Source of the DNA: Podarcis liolepis
Lineage: Eukaryota
Assembly (NCBI GenBank): GCA_965112155.1
Contig: OZ218104.1
Reading direction: 5' to 3' (one strand)
DNA length: 64,000 bases
Below are positions 1 through 12,390 of this stretch, in pieces. The first letter of the stretch is position 1, and each line of letters begins with the position of its first letter. The position numbers and the translations under genes were made by a program. Below the pieces are notes generated by a model. It was not told where the DNA came from, made no database searches, and saw only the letters and a program-made list of their open reading frames with translations.

Positions 1-1580
1 AGCCCATGATTTGCATCTGAGTTAGCACTGGCTTTTGAGGTGTGAGATCAAGACCCTGCTTCAGCCAGGGCTCACTGGGTGGCCTTGGCATGTAAGGGCA
101 CATGGCAGCTGCTTGCACTCCTGGTTTGGCACTGCACAGCTGGAAACAGAGGACTTGTCTCTGGGAAAAAATCAGGTATGTCTCCTCCCAGGACACCCTA
201 CTGCCAAACTCAAAGAGCCAGCTCTGCAGACTATTGCCTGCACCGGCCCTGCTCAGTCACGCAAAAGGGCAGGGCTGATGCGTTCTGTAGCCTCTGTGGA
301 CCAGTGTGGATTAGGCCCATCACAAGACCACAGCCAGCTTCCCAAAACAAGCAGTCATAGAGGTAGCATGGATTGCTGTGTCTTCTGCTTTGTTCTCCAT
401 TGGTAAAATGGGAATATGTTGGGTCTATCTTAATGATGGCACGCTCAGAGATGCAGCTAACATTGGACCTCGGGGCTGAAGTCCAGGGCCCACAGACCAG
501 TCCCCCCCTCCAAAAAAATGATTAACCTGAGAGTGGCAGATGATAGAGGCAGCAGCAAACAGGACCAATGTAATGACCTGGGCCAGCACTGCTGTGCCGG
601 CAGTCACACATTCCACTGGCTGGGGCTGACACTAGTCACTGCAGTGCAGTATCTTCTTATTCAAAACAAACAAACCAAAAACCAAAAACATTTTATAGTC
701 CGGGGTCGGCTGGCCAAGCATGTGCATGATTACAGATGCTGACTTTATTGTGTTTGCTTTTCAAATGTATTATAATTCTCTACAACAGAATTGTGCTTTC
801 CCCAAAGTAAATGTGTTCATGGCATCAGGGCAACGGAAGCAAACTCCATTTTATACCTGCAGTCATGATGACACTGTGATTTAAGAGTGTATAATGTGAA
901 GCTGCACATGTTCAAGAGATCCCCCCCCCCAACGTATCAGGAATGTAGATGTACAGTAAGGCTGCAATTTACGTGCAGTTTTACACATGTGGCCAAAAAT
1001 CCCAAAAAAAATTTAAGCGGGGTGTTTGAGGTCATGGGGGAAATGACTTGGGCAATCCCACCCACCATTGAATCCAATGGGTTTTGAATATACACAATTT
1101 TGGCTTTAGGCACGATCCCCAGAACGTAACCCCCGCGGATGTTGCAGGCTTATTGTAGTTGCAAAGTATGTAATAATGATGTGGGGCTAAACAGTGGTTT
1201 TCTCTGAAAACAGCAGGACAAGTGGATGTGTGGATGAGCCCTCAATCTGCTCTCAGTCCACTCCCACCTACCTGTCACCAGCCCAGGGGGTGAATCTGGC
1301 TGTCTTTGGCTCTGGCTCCACCTATTGCTGGTCTCCCTATCAGTGGTGTCCAAACTTTTTTCAAAGAGGGCGAGATTTGATGAAGTCAAGGGCTGTGGGG
1401 GCTGACCAAGGGGCCAACCAAAGTTCTCAACCTTTTCTAGGATTGAAGTTTGGACATGCCTGCCTTGTTCCAGTGGACACCAGCCTACCCTCATTCTCAG
1501 TTGGCTCCTTACTGGTAGCCTCTTCTATAAACATTAATGCTTGGAATGCATCAAATGTTTTACTATTTTTTATGCTTCCA

Positions 1581-1800
1581 GTTACAGATGGGTAGCCGTG
1601 TTGGTCTGCCATAGTCCAAATAAAAAAATTCCTTCCTGTAGCACCTTAAAGACCAACTAAGTTAGTTCTTGGTATAAGCTTTCGTGTGCATGCACACTTC
1701 TTCAGATACACTGTATCTGAAGAAGTGTGCATGCACACGAAAGCTTATACCAAGAACTAATTTAGTTGGTCTTTAAGGTGCTACAGGAAGGATTTTTTTT
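1581..1800. mobile_element. Palindromic non-coding Penelope pLTR derivative
   Basis: Near-perfect hairpin centred on 1711 (arms ~1622-1710 and 1712-1800), nearly identical to the pLTR at 54852-54940 and 56277-56405. Direct repeat TATTTTTTATGC at 1564-75 and 1801-12. Confidence 0.9.
1713..1750 (+). ncRNA. Minimal hammerhead motif (mirror copy on - strand at 1672-1709)
   Basis: gtatCTGAAGAagtgtgcatgcacacGAAAgcttatac. Confidence 0.65.
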
Positions 1801-2754
1801 TATTTTTTATGCATTATTCCCATGATACAACTGAGGTATGTCTACCTTCCTTTTGTGCCACACTGTGCCAACTTTCCTTTTGTCTGAGATGCCAGTTGAT
1901 TAAAGCACTCTGATATATGTTTGTCAAATGTAAATGAATGTCTATACTGGGCAATTCACTCTCCGCTTATCTTGATGGCTCACCTATTTCTTTGAAGTGC
2001 CAAGAGATCTCGTTAGTATTGTAGTATTTCTAAAGGGATTTATGTTTTGAGATCTACATAGTAATTGAGTTTTAGCTCTAGAGAAAATTAATTTTACTAA
2101 CCGCCTGACCATGAGAATCTGTTCAATGTTAAGAACCCCATCATTTTTTAGGTCACCCACCTCTCCCAAGCATCGGAAGGCGATAGGAAGGGGGAAAGGC
2201 AAAGGAAGGGTGGAAGACTTGAGTTTGTCTGGATACTTGGAAGCTGCCTTTTGCTTTCCACGATATAGGCTGCATTTGCTTCAAGTCAAAGAACCCTAGA
2301 TTCTTAGCTCACAAAGGCTCTGTTCAGATGCCATGCAAAACCATGATTTGGTTCTAGGTGAACAAGCTTTCCAGCTTCTCAGATTTGTGTACAGTGATTC
2401 CCGACTTCCCAATCCTAATTTAGGGTAAACCGTAGTTTGCCTTTTTGTCCAAGCAGTCAAGCTGTGGGGTTGTGTTTGCCTGTAAATCAGGATCACAAAC
2501 CAATGTGTGTGTCCCCTGCCCCCCGGTTTCTGATCCTGGCTTGCAGGATCATCCCAGGCCAGAGTTTGCTGGTTTAGGTGCAATGACGAGCTGTAGTGTG
2601 GTGGATGGAGCAATCTATTTCTGGTCCATGTCAGTTTCACATGTGCTAATTCATAATTCTTTTACATTTCCCTTCTGTATTAATCTGTGGTTTTCTTTTT
2701 TTTAAAAAAATTCTCATGTATAAATAGTATTTTCTCACAAAATACACATTTCCA

Positions 2755-3420
2755 TTTTTATTCTTTATTATTATTATTAAATTTTAACAAACTGTCCAAA
2801 AATAAAATAAAAACCATATCAAAAACACACAAACAAAACTGTAAGTAAAAACCAATTTCAAATCTAAAATTAAGGATTCCCCAAATCCCGTGACTTCCCT
2901 CCACCCCATCCTCTGGGTCCTTAATTTTCCTTTCCAACTGCATATCATTATTACTAAAAAAAAAAATTTCATCCAATTTCTTCTATAGTTTCTCTAAAAT
3001 TACACTTGTTCTTAAAATCCTGCCAATGTTTTAACATGTTTACAATACTTTTGAAAATATACAATGAACATTTTCCAATCCTTTCTAAAATTCTTATCAT
3101 CTTGGTCTCTGAGCTTTACAGTTAATTTCACCATTTCAGCATATTCCATTAATTTATTTTGCCAATCTTCCTTGGTCGGGATGGTTTCTTTTTTACATCT
3201 TTGAGCTAACAGGTGCCGGTTGTAGCATACATAAACAAATTCTTCTGTTCTTTTGGCACCTACGCTCCTACAACTCCTAATAGAAAGGCTTCTGGCTATT
3301 TTACAAAAGGTATTCTAAACATTTTTTTCATTTCATTATAAATCATTTCCCAGAATTTTTTAACAATCTCACATTTCCACCACATATGATAAAATTGTTT
3401 ACATTTCCAACACTTGTTGG
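2755..3420 (-). mobile_element. L1/Tx1-like LINE 3' fragment
   Basis: Minus-strand translation FYHMWWKC...FWEMIYNEMKKMF...EAFLLG...EDWQNKLMEYAEM resembles the L1-clade ORF2 C-terminus. A-rich tail near 2755-2780. Confidence 0.7.
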
Positions 3421-4272
3421 ATCCTTCTCTGTACATTTCCATTTTTAATGTCTTGTGTACTTTGCATTATTTCATTGTCTTGTATGTTTATAATTTTATT
3501 TTATTTTCTAAAGTACAGATTTCTAAACCTTTTCTCTCAAACGTATTTCTAAATTTAATCCTAAAATGTGTATTTTTATATGCATTTTGGTACCATTTCT
3601 GAGCAGAGAAACACATCTCAAAATTTTAAGATGACTAACTGTTGAATAACTGTATTCATCCAGGAAGTCGATACATACCGAAATCCAAAAATAATGAATG
3701 AAATCATCAAGCGTCCCTAAACTGTAGTTTGCCTCAAACTAGATCTGGGAATTATGCACAAGAGAAGGGAACATGTGAACCTGAGCCTTCATACCACATC
3801 AAACTTGTAATGGCATAATTTTTAAAAATTATTAATAAAATATTTTTGTCCTGCCTTTTGACTTCACATGCCCATAAGCAGCTCAAAATCACAAGTTAAA
3901 AACATAACTTTATGTCTCCAGGGTATGGTCAGTACCAGGGTATGGTCAGACTACCTTGAAACTACATGTATGCCATCTTTGGTTCTGTTAAGGAAGAAAG
4001 TGGGATATAGATGTAATAAAATAATACAATACAATAGAAAGAATAAAAGCAAAATGTTTGTCAGTCTCAAGAACTGGTAAAAAAGAGAGAGGATTTAACA
4101 CTTGAAAGCCATCAGAAAGGAGACCATCCAGGCCTCCCAAGGTAGGAAGCTCCACCATCTGGCCATGCCCACCCAACTGGGCTCCTGAGCACAGCTGTAG
4201 GGCACAGAGCAAAGCTTCCATTGAAGAGCACCGTGGGCAGGCTCATGTGAGGGAAGGCTGACTCTTCACATA

Positions 4273-4476
4273 CAGTGGTACCTCGGAGGTCCGTTCTTAA
4301 CCTGAAACTGTTCTTAACCTGAAGCACCACTTTAGCTAATGGGGCCTCCTGCTGCCGCTGCGCCACAGGAGCACTATTTCTGTTCTCATCCTGAAGCAAA
4401 GTTCTTAACCCGAGGTACTATTTCTGGGCTAGCGGAGTCTGTAACCTGAAGCGTATGTAAACCTGAGGTACCACTG
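4273..4476. mobile_element. Tc1/mariner (Tigger/pogo-like) MITE
   Basis: TIR CAGTGGTACCTC...GAGGTACCACTG, TA on both sides. Confidence 0.88.
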
Positions 4477-4676
4477 TACACTGTTTAGGTCATTCATCTG
4501 GACATGCCAGAGGGGCTGTTTTATGACCTAAAAGCCAGAACTATCAAAACAAGTCAGACCATCACGTTGGCCAGCCAAATCCCAGAGAAGGAGGAGTTGG
4601 TGTGCAGAGGCTTTCTTTTTGTTTTTCAGAAGTAAGCGCCTGTAACTCTGTGCTATATTCGATTTTTTCAGAAATA

Positions 4677-4918
4677 CAGTGGTACCTCAGGTTAAGTACT
4701 TAATTCGTTCCGGAGGTCCGAACTTAACCTGAAACTGTTCTTAACCTGAAGCACCACTTTAGCTAATGGGGCCTCCCGCTGCCACTGTGCCACCGGAGCA
4801 CGATTTCTGTTCTCATCCTGAAGCAAAGTTCTTAACCCAAGGTACTATTTCTGGGTTAGCGGAGTCTGTAACCTGAAGTGTATGTAACCTGAAGTGTATG
4901 TAACCCGAGGTACCACTG
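4677..4918. mobile_element. Tc1/mariner MITE, same family
   Basis: Same TIRs and TA TSD; internal sequence nearly identical to 4273-4476. Confidence 0.9.
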
Positions 4919-6436
4919 TAATGCCTTTATTTTCTCTGTAAGTGTGTTTGTGTGTGTTTGTGATTCTTCACATTTCTTAGCCTTATACAACTGCTGGACA
5001 CGCTACCAAGTTGCGCTGTGTTTCCAGTTGGACTTCCTTTGTGGGTTAAATAGGAAACCAGTGGCAGGCTACAGTTTGGTGGGGTCTTGATAAAGGACTT
5101 TCAACTGGTGGGTGAGGGCAATGGTGCACATAGCCAATGTAATATTCTGCCAGGACTCATTTCTTGTGGCCATGCTTGCTGGGGCTAATGGGAGTTGAGA
5201 GCCCAGTGGCACCTAGAGAACCACAGGTTCCCTTATCCTTGCTTCACATCAGGAGTGGTTAACCTGTGGCTTTTCAGACGTTGCTGAACCGCAACTCCCA
5301 TGAACCCTAGTCAGTGTGTCCAGTGGCTAGGCATGATGGGAGTTGTAGTTCAGCAACATCTGGAAAGGTAACAAGTTCTCCACCTCTGCCTTAGATAATG
5401 TTGCATCTTTAAATAGTCCTACAGGGAGTGCTCTTTGGATGACAGTGTGTGCTGTTTCACTTGCTTCAATGTGCCCTGTTGCATTGGGGGTCTTCCTGAT
5501 GAGTGGGTACTTGATCTTCCGCCCCAAAGTCCTGCCCTGACAGCATCCAGATGTGTGACACCATGGGCACCACCAACTTTTCTTTTTCTTTCGGATTTTA
5601 TTTATCTTCTAAAAGAAGTAGGAAGAGAGAAGGAAACAAGGGGGTGGGGAGATCAGAAGTGGTTGGAAGAATGAATTCCATTCCTTTAAATGCCTGTGAA
5701 GATGAAATCATTTTGACAGGAACAGTTTTTCCCATCACTGCATAAGAAGCAGCAATTGCCAAAATTCTCTCTTCTGTACAGCAGTGAAAGATACAGGAGC
5801 GTTCTCTGCATAAGCAGAAGCAAATATGGGGACCACGTGACTTTTTTTTTAAAAAAGGAAATAAATTGAACCCTGTGATGTATCATCAGGTTACAGGTGG
5901 CCCCTGGGTCTGAAAAGGTCTTCATAACCCCAGCTCATTTATTTGGGAGTTGTTTAAAGTCAGTAACAGTAAACAACAAGGCTATAGAGAGCATATGACT
6001 TTGGGTGCAGCTGAGACTGTGTGTATGAAAGCCAAAGAGAGATGCTACACGGCAGGTGTAGAATATCTGTACGTACTGCAATGTCTGAGAACAATTTTTC
6101 ATTTCCTCCCCACGTCAAACTCTTGACCCAAATTCATACCACACCTTGATTTAAATATTGGTTAGGGTTATCAGAGGCATGATAAAACAGATTTGGGCAC
6201 TAGATCTGGCCCCCAGGCTGCCGATTGGCCATTCTTGATCACTCCTGATCTACCTTGCCAAGTAGTCATGAAGCTTGTCGAGTTGGAATTTTATGTCCTG
6301 TTCAATAAATAGACACACAGATGCATGCCTGCAAAATAGCACACATCCAGGCATGTAAGCAAAGGTGCAAAGCTGCATATCACCAACATTTAGTGACTCA
6401 AACAGGGATAACTTGCACAGAGATGCATGCCCCCCC

Positions 6437-6439
<3 letters not shown>

Positions 6440-6476
<37 letters not shown>
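6440..6476. repeat. (CA)n microsatellite
   Basis: Direct reading. Confidence 0.95.
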
Positions 6477-6481
<5 letters not shown>

Positions 6482-6983
6482 AGCTTGAGACAGCAGGATG
6501 ACTGTGGCTAATAGAGTTTGGCCGATCCCCCTGCAGGGCTATGATGAGATGGACAAAAAGGAGAGAGAGGGAAGGGAGGGGAGGGGAGGGGAGCCAGACA
6601 AGGAAGGAAAGGCCAAGAGAGCCTGGGCTGGAGATGAGGCGGATCTGATGAGTGACAGCCAGGCCTGGCATGCAGAAGGATGCACGGACATTTTGTCTGT
6701 CTGTTTATCAGGGCTGCAGAGACATCTGACCCACAGCATAATCCCTCTGGGTCGAGGTGGGGTTGCATTCTCCAGGAGCCAGGCCCCTTTGTGCACATCT
6801 GTTATAGACCAAAGCCAAGTCTCCCCACACCCTTTCCTTTTTTTGGTGACCTTGAGCAGGAGCCGTCTCAAACCTTGGACAGAGAGACGCAAGGTCCCCC
6901 CCTTATCTGGCTGTATCCTTGGCACAAACTTGTTTCGAAACAGAGATGTTGTGGTTCCGGCGGGAGGATGGCAGCAGGGAGAC

Positions 6984-6999
6984 ATGGCTGCGAATATGG
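6984..6999 (+). CDS. AHDC1: Predicted AHDC1 start (MAANM-D...) in candidate exon 6860-6999
   Basis: gacATGG strong Kozak context at 6984. Donor TGG|GTGGGC at 7000 (moderate strength) leaves a phase-1 G that completes GAT with the 7500 exon. Candidate acceptor cttgagcAG ends at 6859. Confidence 0.55.
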
Positions 7000-7499
7000 G
7001 TGGGCATGAATGGCATGGTATTCTCTATACCCTGCATGACACAGACAATAAATAACCCCAAGATGACCTGTATATGTGTTATTAGCAGTACAAAGTACAA
7101 TTCAGCAAAATGTCTTCCTGCACTTAGTGATGCCATATACATAACTCCCCTGCCTCACCCCCCCCCGTCCACTATCTTTACAAGGAGGCAGCATCAACTT
7201 ACTAAAAGCCTGCAAGATTGGACAGTGAGGGGGGGAGGGAGAGATACCACCACCCTTCTTCCTTATGCCCTGCCTGCCGCCACAAACACTTGCTCATCTG
7301 CCCTGTCACCTGCACACCCATAACCAAAGCACTGTTGGGCTTTTGTAGTCTTGCTGCCCACCACTCCCGTTGAAATTAAATTTCCTGGTTATTATTATTA
7401 ATATATAAATAAAAAAATCTGTCCCTTCCTCCTCCTTGTGCCTTCTGCCTGCTCTGTCGCTGCTTCACACGCCCGGGTCTGTGTGCTTCCATTTAACAG

Positions 7500-7671
7500 A
7501 TGGGAGCTCCATCGCCTGCCAGCCCATTGGACTGGAAAACGGAGCCAACCCTCCAGCTGAATGGTTCCCGCGCAGCCAGGGCCCGGGGCTGCGGCAGCCC
7601 AACAACAGCGAGGCGGACGGCAGCGAGAGAAACTTCAGGGTGAACCTCCACTGCAAATACGGGCGGCCCAG
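7500..7671 (+). CDS. AHDC1: AHDC1 upstream 172-nt exon (DGSSIACQPIGLENG...NLHCKYGRP), predicted coding
   Basis: Acceptor ttccatttaacAG, donor CCAG|GTAAGC, CpG-rich relative to flanks. Phase 1 in, phase 2 out, joins the 19362 exon as AG+A (Arg) with no stop. Confidence 0.78.
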
Positions 7672-8756
7672 GTAAGCAGGTGGGAACAAGGCAGAGAGTG
7701 GGCCCTCTCCGGCGCTGCTTGCCCCCTGCCGGTAATCAAACATGCTTTCGTGTGTGTGTGTTTCCAAAATGAATGGGGAAATATTTTGCAGCCCAGGGGC
7801 CACATTCCCTTCTGGACCACCACCTGTGGGCCATATGCTAATGGTGGGTGGGGCCACAGGCCAAAAGAGGTGGAGCAACGAATGTGAATTTCACCTTTGT
7901 TCATGAGAATCCTGATCAGAGTTCAAGGACATGTTCCGGACAGGCAAAATCATGTGAAGCAGGGGCAGTAGAGGGTGTGGTCTGGAGAAGGAGTGTGGCC
8001 TAGGGAGTGTTCCAAGGACCAGTTAGGGAAAGTAGGAGGGCTGCATCCAGCCCCTGATTCCTGAGGAGTCCTACCACTGCTCTAAAAATTCCATATCAAT
8101 TTGAACAGGCAAGCAAAGCTAAATAGGTGGGGGATGTGGGTTCACTGGATTGGGCTCAAACTCAAGCTTAGTCTATGTTTTCAGCAGCATCAGATAGTTG
8201 ATTGGTCTCTACCACTTGCAGACCAGAGAGGGGTGCTAATTTTGAATAGGCTTATCCAATGTTTAAAACACAGAGATCTACACAGAGTTCCCTGAAAGCA
8301 GAAAACTAGCAGATCAGAGAGGTCTTGACCTAGCTCTTTGCCTGCCATGCTAGTCTTTTATGTGCAGGGAAAGTTTGGGTTTTTTTAACATTAGTGTATA
8401 GAACCATTAAGAAAAAAGGTGCTGTCTTGCATGCTGCCCCAAGTAGTGCCATGCATTCATCTACAAGTATTTTGCCACCCTTTCTTCTGTAAATTTGTGT
8501 AGTGTCGACCAAATCTCAGCCCAGGGTAGAGCTGTGACTTCGTGATGCTTTCACTTCCTAGACATGTCATGACTCAGTCCCATGTTTGCCACTTCATAAG
8601 CAAATATCGTCTTGGTTGCAGGCTTGTGTATGTTGTTGGAAGGGACCTGGGCCTCACTGCATGCCAAATGTAATTCCCCATGCCAGTTTGCTCACATTGG
8701 TTGACCCTTAACCAGATCAGGTGAAGGGGCCCCTGAAATGAAAGTACTGCAGATAA

Positions 8757-8757
<1 letters not shown>

Positions 8758-8794
<37 letters not shown>
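8758..8794. repeat. (TG)n microsatellite
   Basis: Direct reading. Confidence 0.95.
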
Positions 8795-8798
<4 letters not shown>

Positions 8799-11700
8799 AC
8801 ATGTGTGTGTGCTTAGAATCCCCTGGCTCTCCTTTGTGCCATGGCAGGAAATACGTTTTCATTCCTGTGTTGCCGTGTATGTAAATGCCTACTTTTCATA
8901 GAGCAGAAATGCTTTTATTACCAATTCCTAAGTAGCCCTATGCATTTGGTGTACAAGTGGAAAGAGGATTAGATTTAGACAGGGGTGAGTCTAATCCCCA
9001 TGCAGCCACAAAGCTTGCTTTCTCAGCATAACCTACATCGCAGGATGGTTGTGAAGGTAAAATTTTGTCTCATTGGAGGGAGGAGATATATTTTGAAGCT
9101 CAGTGCAACCAGACATCTAGGAGATTTCCCAATACTGATCCTGAGCATCGAAACACAAGGCTACAAACAAACTATTTAAAACTGCAAGAAAAACCAGGAT
9201 CTCTGTATAGACCTCTCCTGGCTGCCTTAGGGACTAGAAACTTGGGTTTTTCTTTAGAAAGTGAGCAGAGTCTAAGAATTCTGAATGCTCAGTAGTACTG
9301 GGTTTATTCTTTGCACAGTGTAATGATTGAATACACACATCCCTGTTCTTGGCTCCCTAAAGAGCCCTCCCTTTCCTCCTGTTATCTTCAGCCCTTTTGA
9401 TAGAAAGGGGGAGGGGGCTGAGGAAGTGCTCTGGAAGAGAGAGATCTTGGTTCCTCCAACACCCTCCCTCCCTGCTGCCCTCAAGGGCTCTGTGGATCCC
9501 TGCTGTGCACAGCTACTGCCTCCCTGACCCTTCTCACTCCACATCTGGCCAAGAGTTGCCTGGAAACAGCGAAGCAGAGGTGGGGAGGGGAGCGAAAGAA
9601 GGAGTGTTCTCATAAGAAGCGGGTGGGAGTGTACGGAAAATCAGGAGGAAAGCCAGGTCTGCGGCAGACATGGGAGTCCTTCCTTCTTTCCCGTACTGGA
9701 CAGTGTCAGGAAGTTTGGAGGCAGGGGACGGAAAAATCGGAGAATCTAAAAAATGAAGCAAAAACAGCACTTTTGAAAAGATCTGAGCAGATCTAAGGCG
9801 GAAGGGTGATGGTCCTTCACAAAGTGGGGAGGAGGAGAGAGGAGTCTGCTGAATGGTGCAGATGGCTCCTGTAGGTGCAACATGGCAAAGCCTGCCAAAG
9901 AACTGAGGTCACTTCCTGTAGAGGCGCTCTGAGCTGTGGAGCCCTCCTGGAGCTGAGTGAGGGGGAAGGAGGGAAGGCTGTGCCTCGCTAGCCGGCTGGC
10001 TGGGGCCTGCGGTGGAAAAGGTTTCAGTGCCAAGACTGAAGGGAAGAGGAACAAGAAGAGGCTGGACATACAGTATGTGAAACAACATGGGAGAGATGTT
10101 TATGGGTGGGGGGTTGAGAGTGCAGGCACGGGAGGAGAGAATGGAAGGAGGCTGGACTGCCTCCCTCCCAGCCGCCCAGTTGAAGAGGCACATCTTGACC
10201 CATACTTCTCCATCTCCAAAAATACAATGTGAGCCTCTCTGAGTGATAATGCAGCATAGCGCATACCTGTTCTCTGCCCTTCTTGTTTCGTAAGGAATGG
10301 TGTGCGTTGGGAGTCAAAGCCATTAATGCCTTCCCCCTCCCACATGCAGGTTAACCCTTTCCCATATTAGCATCTTTCCAAATACAAATAAATAGCTCAG
10401 AGTACCCATCACCTTGCATGAGGTGGTAAATCGCCCTGTGATCCTCAGATGAAGGGCAGTGTAGAAATGTAATTAATGATAATAAATAATCCAGCCAGAG
10501 TTTAGCATTATTTTAAAACAATTCCTGGGATTTCAGCAGCAGAGACTTTAATTCCCATATTGAAATCTGTAGGATTTGAAAATATGTTTAACTGTGCTTT
10601 CGTTGAGCCCCATTGTATGGATTAAGCTTTTTCTTTTAGGGGAAAAAGTCAGGATAGCATGCCACTTATCATTTACCCATGCACCCTTATGTTTTGGCTA
10701 AAAGAATTGTACCACTTGCTACATCAACATATTATGGTTGAGTAGAGCTATACCTCCCTTCCATTCTATTTATTGCAGTATTTATTTCAAGTGGAAACTG
10801 CAGCAAAATTTTGCAGTGTGGAATGGTCCTGTTCAAAAAGCCTGCCAGCCATGTCCTTTCCCAGGATACTCTATTCTCCCTCCCTACTAGTTTCTCTACC
10901 CCGCCCCCCCAGCCCATCAGCATTCCATGCCCATAGAGCACACTCCGTCCTCATTGAACTTTTGTTGGGAGTGCCTCCCCACAACATCAAGCAGAATTTG
11001 TCTTCTTCTAAATTTGTGTTTTTTCTGTATTCTTTGTTGTTGTCACTTCTCTCCTGTGCATGGGTGGTGCTGTTTTGGCTACAAAAGGATAAGCACTTGG
11101 CTAATGCATTTGCTATTAGTATATAACAGGGGTGTGGAATTTGCTGCCCTCCAGATGTTGCTGAGCTGCAGCTTCAAACATCTCTGACCATTGACCAAGC
11201 TGGCTGGGCTGATGAGAGATGTCCAACAATATCTACAGATCCATAGGTTCTCTACTCCTGGTATATAGGATGTATCTGATTGTTTTATTTCTTTAAGATA
11301 GTTGCATGCTGCATCTCCCGCTCTCAGAACGGCATGAAAAACCAACACTTTGTAAGGCAGAAGGCAGCTGTAAATTAAAAGCATTAAACAGTACGCAATT
11401 GCATTTTTGCAGCACAGAGTGGGAAAGGGAGAAAGGAGGCATTCTGTTGAGCTGGGCTGGCTTGTTCTCAGGGGAAATGTTCTTCCCTTCTGTGCTTGCT
11501 GTGGCTCAGCCTCTTTCTCCAGCACCAGGCCTGGAACCATCTCAGCCTCCTTTTAGTGCAGCCTACAAGCCTGGAGCTGCTACCCACCAGACTGGAGCCT
11601 GAGGGCATAACCACATGGCATTTTCCCATCAGGGCTTGGATGCACTCATTCAGAATGGCAACTGTGCCAATCCCCCATTGGTCCACATGGCAGGTTTTGC

Positions 11701-12094
11701 AGAGTAGAGATGGGGATCATTGGGTCAGTGGAGGTGGCGCAGTCCACCCAGAGAAATTGCATGTAACCTTGGTGGGGGCTGCTTCCCACCTCCAGCTTAG
11801 CTCTTTAACAAGAAATTCCTTCAACACGTTCCTGTGTTTCCCAGTTGTACATTGCAATATTCAGCCACAGAATCAGTGGAAGTGTCAAGACTAGGTTGCA
11901 TTAGTGAATTTCTCTGAATCTAGATCTGGAGAATAACATTTCCAGTCCAGGACCCCTTTGGTCAGGAGCTGGGAAAGAGAATTTACCAGGAGAGGCACGC
12001 GGCCACTATTTATAGTAGGCCAGGCCAGGCCAGAGGCTTTGTGCTACCTACTAATGACAAGGGTTGATATTTCACACACTCTATTTCCTAAGTC

Positions 12095-12390
12095 CTGAAG
12101 AACATGCATACGGCCCGTCTAGCTCAGTATCTTCTTCTCACAGTGGCCAACTAGGTGTCTGTGGGAAGCCTACAAGCTGGACCAGAGTTCAACAGCACTG
12201 CCCCACTTGTGAGCCCCAGCAAATGGTATTCAGAGATATACTGCCTCCCAACAGCTGAGGCAGAAAGTAGCCACTTTGGCTAGTAGCCACTGACAGTCTT
12301 ATCCTCCATGAATTTATGTCTACTCTTTTAAAGCCATGCAGGTTGGTGGCCATCACTACTTCTTGAGAGAGCTAATTCCATAGTTTAACC
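12095..12390 (-). mobile_element. CR1 3' fragment
   Basis: Similar to CR1 ends at 39750-39970 and 47205-47510. Confidence 0.6.
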
